Shown here one piece after another: positions 37,608 to 40,000 of a stretch of DNA of 40,000 nucleotides. The stretch is taken from assembly GCF_018884285.1 (NCBI RefSeq), contig NZ_CP035817.1, one strand, 5' to 3'. Origin of the DNA: Escherichia coli. Its GTDB lineage: Bacteria > Pseudomonadota > Gammaproteobacteria > Enterobacterales > Enterobacteriaceae. The translations under genes were made by a program, and so were the position numbers. The notes beneath the pieces are model-generated. The model had not been told where the DNA came from, did not search any database, and saw only the letters and a program-made list of their open reading frames with translations. Within the stretch, counting starts at the first letter, position 1, and every line of letters starts with the position of its first letter.

Positions 37608-38369
37608 ATGATTTTAAGTGCATTTTCTCTCGAAGGTAAAGTTGCGGTCGTCACTGGCTGTGATACTGGGCTGGGCCAGGGGATGGCGTTGGGGCTGGCG
37701 CAAGCGGGCTGTGACATTGTTGGCATTAACATCGTTGAACCGACTGAAACCATCAAGCAGGTCACGGCGCTGGGGCGTCGTTTTTTAAGCCTGACCGCCG
37801 ATCTGCGAAAGATTGATGGTATTCCAGCACTGCTGGATCGCGCGGTAGCGGAGTTTGGTCATATTGATATCCTGGTGAATAACGCCGGATTGATTCGCCG
37901 CGAAGACGCTCTCGAGTTCAGCGAAAAAGACTGGGACGATGTCATGAACCTGAATATCAAGAGCGTATTCTTCATGTCTCAGGCAGCGGCGAAACACTTT
38001 ATCGCGCAAGGCAATGGCGGCAAGATTATCAATATCGCGTCAATGCTCTCCTTCCAGGGCGGGATCCGTGTGCCTTCTTATACCGCATCAAAAAGCGGCG
38101 TGATGGGTGTGACGCGATTGATGGCGAACGAATGGGCTAAACACAACATTAATGTTAATGCGATAGCCCCGGGTTACATGGCGACCAACAATACTCAACA
38201 ACTACGGGCAGATGAACAACGTAGCGCGGAAATCCTCGACCGCATTCCAGCTGGCCGTTGGGGACTGCCGAGTGACCTGATGGGGCCGGTAGTGTTCCTT
38301 GCCTCCAGCGCTTCAGATTATGTGAATGGTTATACCATTGCCGTGGATGGCGGTTGGCTGGCGCGTTAA
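37608..38369 (+). CDS. kduD: 2-dehydro-3-deoxy-D-gluconate 5-dehydrogenase (SDR family)
   Basis: 253-aa ORF with SDR motifs TGCDTGLG (cofactor binding), NNAG and YTASK (catalytic Tyr/Lys). Confidence 0.93.
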   Translation: MILSAFSLEGKVAVVTGCDTGLGQGMALGLAQAGCDIVGINIVEPTETIKQVTALGRRFLSLTADLRKIDGIPALLDRAVAEFGHIDILVNNAGLIRREDALEFSEKDWDDVMNLNIKSVFFMSQAAAKHFIAQGNGGKIINIASMLSFQGGIRVPSYTASKSGVMGVTRLMANEWAKHNINVNAIAPGYMATNNTQQLRADEQRSAEILDRIPAGRWGLPSDLMGPVVFLASSASDYVNGYTIAVDGGWLAR

Positions 38370-38390
38370 TTCATTCTTCTTACTTTTATG

Positions 38391-38416
38391 ACCCTGCCGC
38401 ATGGCAGGGTTTTTTA
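38391..38416 (+). terminator. Rho-independent terminator of kduID
   Basis: ACCCTGCC-GCAT-GGCAGGGT followed by TTTTTT, 22 nt after the kduD stop. Confidence 0.8.
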
Positions 38417-38577
38417 TATCTGTAGATCATCATAATCCATATCATGGTTATGAAATAATCCATATCAATTAATGAACTTTATGAATTTTATCTGCTGTAA
38501 AATTAGGTGGTTAATAATAATATCAATAATTCAACTTAATTTGAAAATTGGAATATCCATCACATAACGACATGTCG

Positions 38578-38616
38578 TAGCAATTTAATCCATATTTATG
38601 CTGTTTCCGACCTGAC
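38578..38616 (+). promoter_or_regulatory. AraC I1-I2-type binding site in the araE promoter
   Basis: TAGC-AATTTAA-TCCATA fits the AraC half-site pattern TAGC-N7-TCCATA. The adjacent half-site (TGCTGTTTCCGACCTGAC) resembles araBAD I2 (..CCTACCTGAC). It ends about 60 nt upstream of the araE ATG. Confidence 0.55.
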
Positions 38617-38676
38617 ACCTGCGTGAGTTGTTCACGTATTTTTTCACTATGTCTTACTCTCTGCTGGCAGGAAAAA

Positions 38677-40000
38677 ATGGTTACTATCAATACGGAATCT
38701 GCTTTAACGCCACGTTCTTTGCGGGATACGCGGCGTATGAATATGTTTGTTTCGGTAGCTGCTGCGGTCGCAGGATTGTTATTTGGTCTTGATATCGGCG
38801 TAATCGCCGGAGCGTTGCCGTTCATTACCGATCACTTTGTGCTGACCAGTCGTTTGCAGGAATGGGTGGTTAGTAGCATGATGCTCGGCGCAGCAATTGG
38901 TGCGCTGTTTAATGGTTGGCTGTCGTTCCGCCTGGGTCGTAAATACAGCCTGATGGCGGGGGCCATCCTGTTTGTACTCGGTTCTATAGGGTCCGCTTTT
39001 GCGACCAGCGTAGAGATGTTAATCGCCGCTCGTGTGGTGCTGGGCATTGCTGTCGGGATCGCGTCTTACACCGCTCCTCTGTATCTTTCTGAAATGGCAA
39101 GTGAAAACGTTCGCGGTAAGATGATCAGTATGTACCAGTTGATGGTCACACTCGGCATCGTGCTGGCGTTTTTATCCGATACAGCGTTCAGTTATAGCGG
39201 TAACTGGCGCGCAATGTTGGGGGTTCTTGCTTTACCAGCAGTCCTGCTGATTATTCTGGTGGTCTTCCTGCCAAATAGCCCGCGCTGGCTGGCGGAAAAG
39301 GGGCGTCATATTGAGGCGGAAGAAGTGTTGCGTATGCTGCGCGATACGTCGGAAAAAGCGCGAGAAGAACTCAACGAAATTCGTGAAAGCCTGAAGTTAA
39401 AACAAGGCGGTTGGGCACTGTTTAAGATCAACCGTAACGTCCGTCGTGCTGTGTTTCTCGGTATGTTGTTGCAGGCGATGCAGCAGTTTACCGGTATGAA
39501 CATCATCATGTACTATGCGCCGCGTATCTTCAAAATGGCGGGCTTTACGACCACAGAACAACAGATGATTGCGACTCTGGTCGTGGGACTGACCTTTATG
39601 TTCGCGACCTTCATTGCGGTCTTTACGGTAGATAAAGCAGGTCGTAAACCGGCTCTGAAAATTGGTTTCAGCGTGATGGCGTTAGGCACTCTGGTGCTGG
39701 GCTATTGCCTGATGCAGTTTGATAACGGTACGGCTTCCAGTGGCTTGTCCTGGCTCTCTGTTGGCATGACGATGATGTGTATTGCCGGTTATGCGATGAG
39801 CGCCGCGCCAGTGGTGTGGATCCTGTGCTCTGAAATTCAGCCGCTGAAATGCCGCGATTTCGGTATTACCTGTTCGACGACGACAAACTGGGTGTCGAAT
39901 ATGATTATCGGCGCGACCTTCCTGACACTGCTTGATAGCATTGGCGCTGCCGGTACGTTCTGGCTCTACACTGCGCTGAACATTGCGTTTGTGGGCATCA
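38677..40000 (+). CDS. araE: Arabinose:H+ symporter (MFS sugar porter); 3' end lies outside the window
   Basis: It is not in the ORF track because there is no stop in the window. From ATG 38677 the frame reads [49 protein letters not shown]... and is open to base 40000. It carries sugar-porter motifs (GRKYSLM, PESPRW-like PNSPRWL). About 30 C-terminal codons are missing. Confidence 0.92.
   Translation, partial: MVTINTESALTPRSLRDTRRMNMFVSVAAAVAGLLFGLDIGVIAGALPFITDHFVLTSRLQEWVVSSMMLGAAIGALFNGWLSFRLGRKYSLMAGAILFVLGSIGSAFATSVEMLIAARVVLGIAVGIASYTAPLYLSEMASENVRGKMISMYQLMVTLGIVLAFLSDTAFSYSGNWRAMLGVLALPAVLLIILVVFLPNSPRWLAEKGRHIEAEEVLRMLRDTSEKAREELNEIRESLKLKQGGWALFKINRNVRRAVFLGMLLQAMQQFTGMNIIMYYAPRIFKMAGFTTTEQQMIATLVVGLTFMFATFIAVFTVDKAGRKPALKIGFSVMALGTLVLGYCLMQFDNGTASSGLSWLSVGMTMMCIAGYAMSAAPVVWILCSEIQPLKCRDFGITCSTTTNWVSNMIIGATFLTLLDSIGAAGTFWLYTALNIAFVGI

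Noticed and set aside
38523-39509. Minus-strand ORFs at 38523..38825, 38832..39047 and 39306..39509.
   Set aside because: They are antisense to the araE coding sequence or lie in its promoter. araE is absent from the track only because it has no stop codon within the window.
1-40000. CRISPR arrays, IS elements, integrases or prophage genes.
   Set aside because: No regularly spaced direct repeats, terminal inverted repeats with a transposase ORF, or phage-like genes are visible. The K-12 IS2 that I recall in this locus is absent here.

Overview
This window is Escherichia coli chromosome from the K-12 ~64-65 min neighbourhood, reverse-complemented relative to K-12 numbering. It has three blocks.

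(1) 1-14.8 kb is a conserved, GC-normal metabolic cluster: yqeB (5' end cut by the window), yqeA, hyuA, ygeY, ygeX and ygeW, the sigma54 activator ygeV, xdhCBA and the LytM-type lipoprotein ygeR.

(2) About 14.86-33.8 kb is a visibly AT-rich accessory island next to tRNA-Gly(CCC) glyU. It is a heavily decayed copy of the known ETT2 type III secretion island. The whole eiv/inv-like module is missing and only a short scar remains. At least nine remaining genes carry in-frame stops or frameshifts that I located by reading across frames: epaO, epaP, epaS, eprH, eprI, eprJ, eprK, the orgB-like gene and ygeK. The regulators etrA, ygeH, yqeH and yqeI, the SicA-like chaperone ygeG, the IagB-like transglycosylase, epaQ, epaR and the orgA-like gene remain open.

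(3) 33.8-40 kb is core again: yqeG, yqeF, kduI, kduD and araE. araE is missing from the ORF track because it runs off the window end.

I found no CRISPR array, IS element, integrase or prophage, and no convincing undescribed multi-gene system. The points most worth follow-up are:
- the deletion scar and the mutation-by-mutation decay map of ETT2;
- homopolymer-tract frameshifts that could in principle revert;
- a retained internal SD-ATG for an EpaO C-terminal product;
- the contrast between dead structural genes and intact regulators;
- a good sigma54 promoter candidate with a palindromic upstream site in front of xdhA.

Gene names and reference protein lengths come from my memory of E. coli K-12 and O157 annotation and Salmonella SPI-1 proteins, not from any search.
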